DNA of 64,000 nt from Gammaproteobacteria bacterium. GTDB taxonomy: Bacteria; Pseudomonadota; Gammaproteobacteria; Eutrophobiales; Eutrophobiaceae. Shown here in pieces: positions 63,929-64,000 of the stretch (position 1 is its first letter; each line of letters begins with the position of its first letter). Location of the stretch: contig JAPOQU010000011.1 of assembly GCA_026710545.1 (NCBI GenBank), positions 1,155 through 65,154 on the forward strand, given 5' to 3'. The position numbers and the translations under genes were made by a program. The notes beneath the pieces are model-generated. The model did no database searches. It saw nothing but the letters and a program-made list of their open reading frames with translations, and was not told the DNA's origin.

Positions 63929-64000
63929 GGCCAGGTAGCTCAGTAGGTAGAGCAGGGGACTGAAAATCCCTGTGTCGGCAGTTCGATTCTGTCCCTGGCC
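63929..64000 (+). tRNA. tRNA-Phe (anticodon GAA), cut by the window end just after the acceptor stem
   Basis: Acceptor GGCCAGG/CCTGGCC, anticodon arm GGGGA-CTGAAAA-TCCCT and T-arm GGCAG-TTCGATT-CTGTC. Confidence 0.9.

Noticed and set aside
1-64000. CRISPR arrays, rRNA genes, prophage structural genes, IS elements
   Set aside because: I saw no regularly spaced direct repeats with unique spacers, no rRNA-like sequence, no capsid, tail or terminase-like ORFs, and no transposase-like ORFs in the six-frame track.

Overview
This is a GC-rich chromosomal segment. The gene content (two TonB-dependent receptors, AsmA, MutY-YggX, REP-like hairpins) suggests an aquatic gammaproteobacterium, but that taxonomic call is inference only. 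Conserved core genes: a partial hipA, hsp20, an RTX-repeat protein, a five-gene pxpA / BCCP / biotin carboxylase / pxpB / pxpC cluster, fhs, tRNA-Arg(ACG), and an aromatic-catabolism block (two Rieske oxygenases, an intradiol dioxygenase, and a two-component flavin monooxygenase with its reductase). Further core genes are an amidohydrolase, gloA, an M17 aminopeptidase, argH, asmA, mutY, yggX, a guanine-deaminase-like gene and a partial tRNA-Phe(GAA). From about 28.4 to 50.2 kb the core is interrupted by an accessory mosaic in which I found no integrase or transposase. It holds MazEF, HigBA and VapBC modules, AAA+ ATPases, and a HipA-like mini-kinase carrying an in-frame TAG that is translationally coupled to an unknown partner gene. 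It also holds a Fic/Doc-like gene with a degenerate active site. Five full or partial copies of one macro-domain gene are interleaved with these cassettes, which looks like an iterated insertion hotspot. The strongest candidate for an undescribed system lies at 42.7-50.2 kb. It combines a stand-alone cysteine desulfurase, a 1127-aa P-loop ATPase translationally coupled to a PP-loop/PAPS-reductase-like enzyme, and a SAM-methyltransferase::HNH fusion. This resembles the chemistry of Dnd/Ssp phosphorothioation and type-4 BREX but lacks their other hallmark genes. Other notable items: an orphan T4SS-like trio (TrbM-like, coupling protein, VirB11-like) between core genes, several genes gutted by internal deletions, and families of palindromic and MITE-like repeats. 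No CRISPR array or rRNA was seen. All functional calls rest on motifs read by eye from the translations; no database search was possible.
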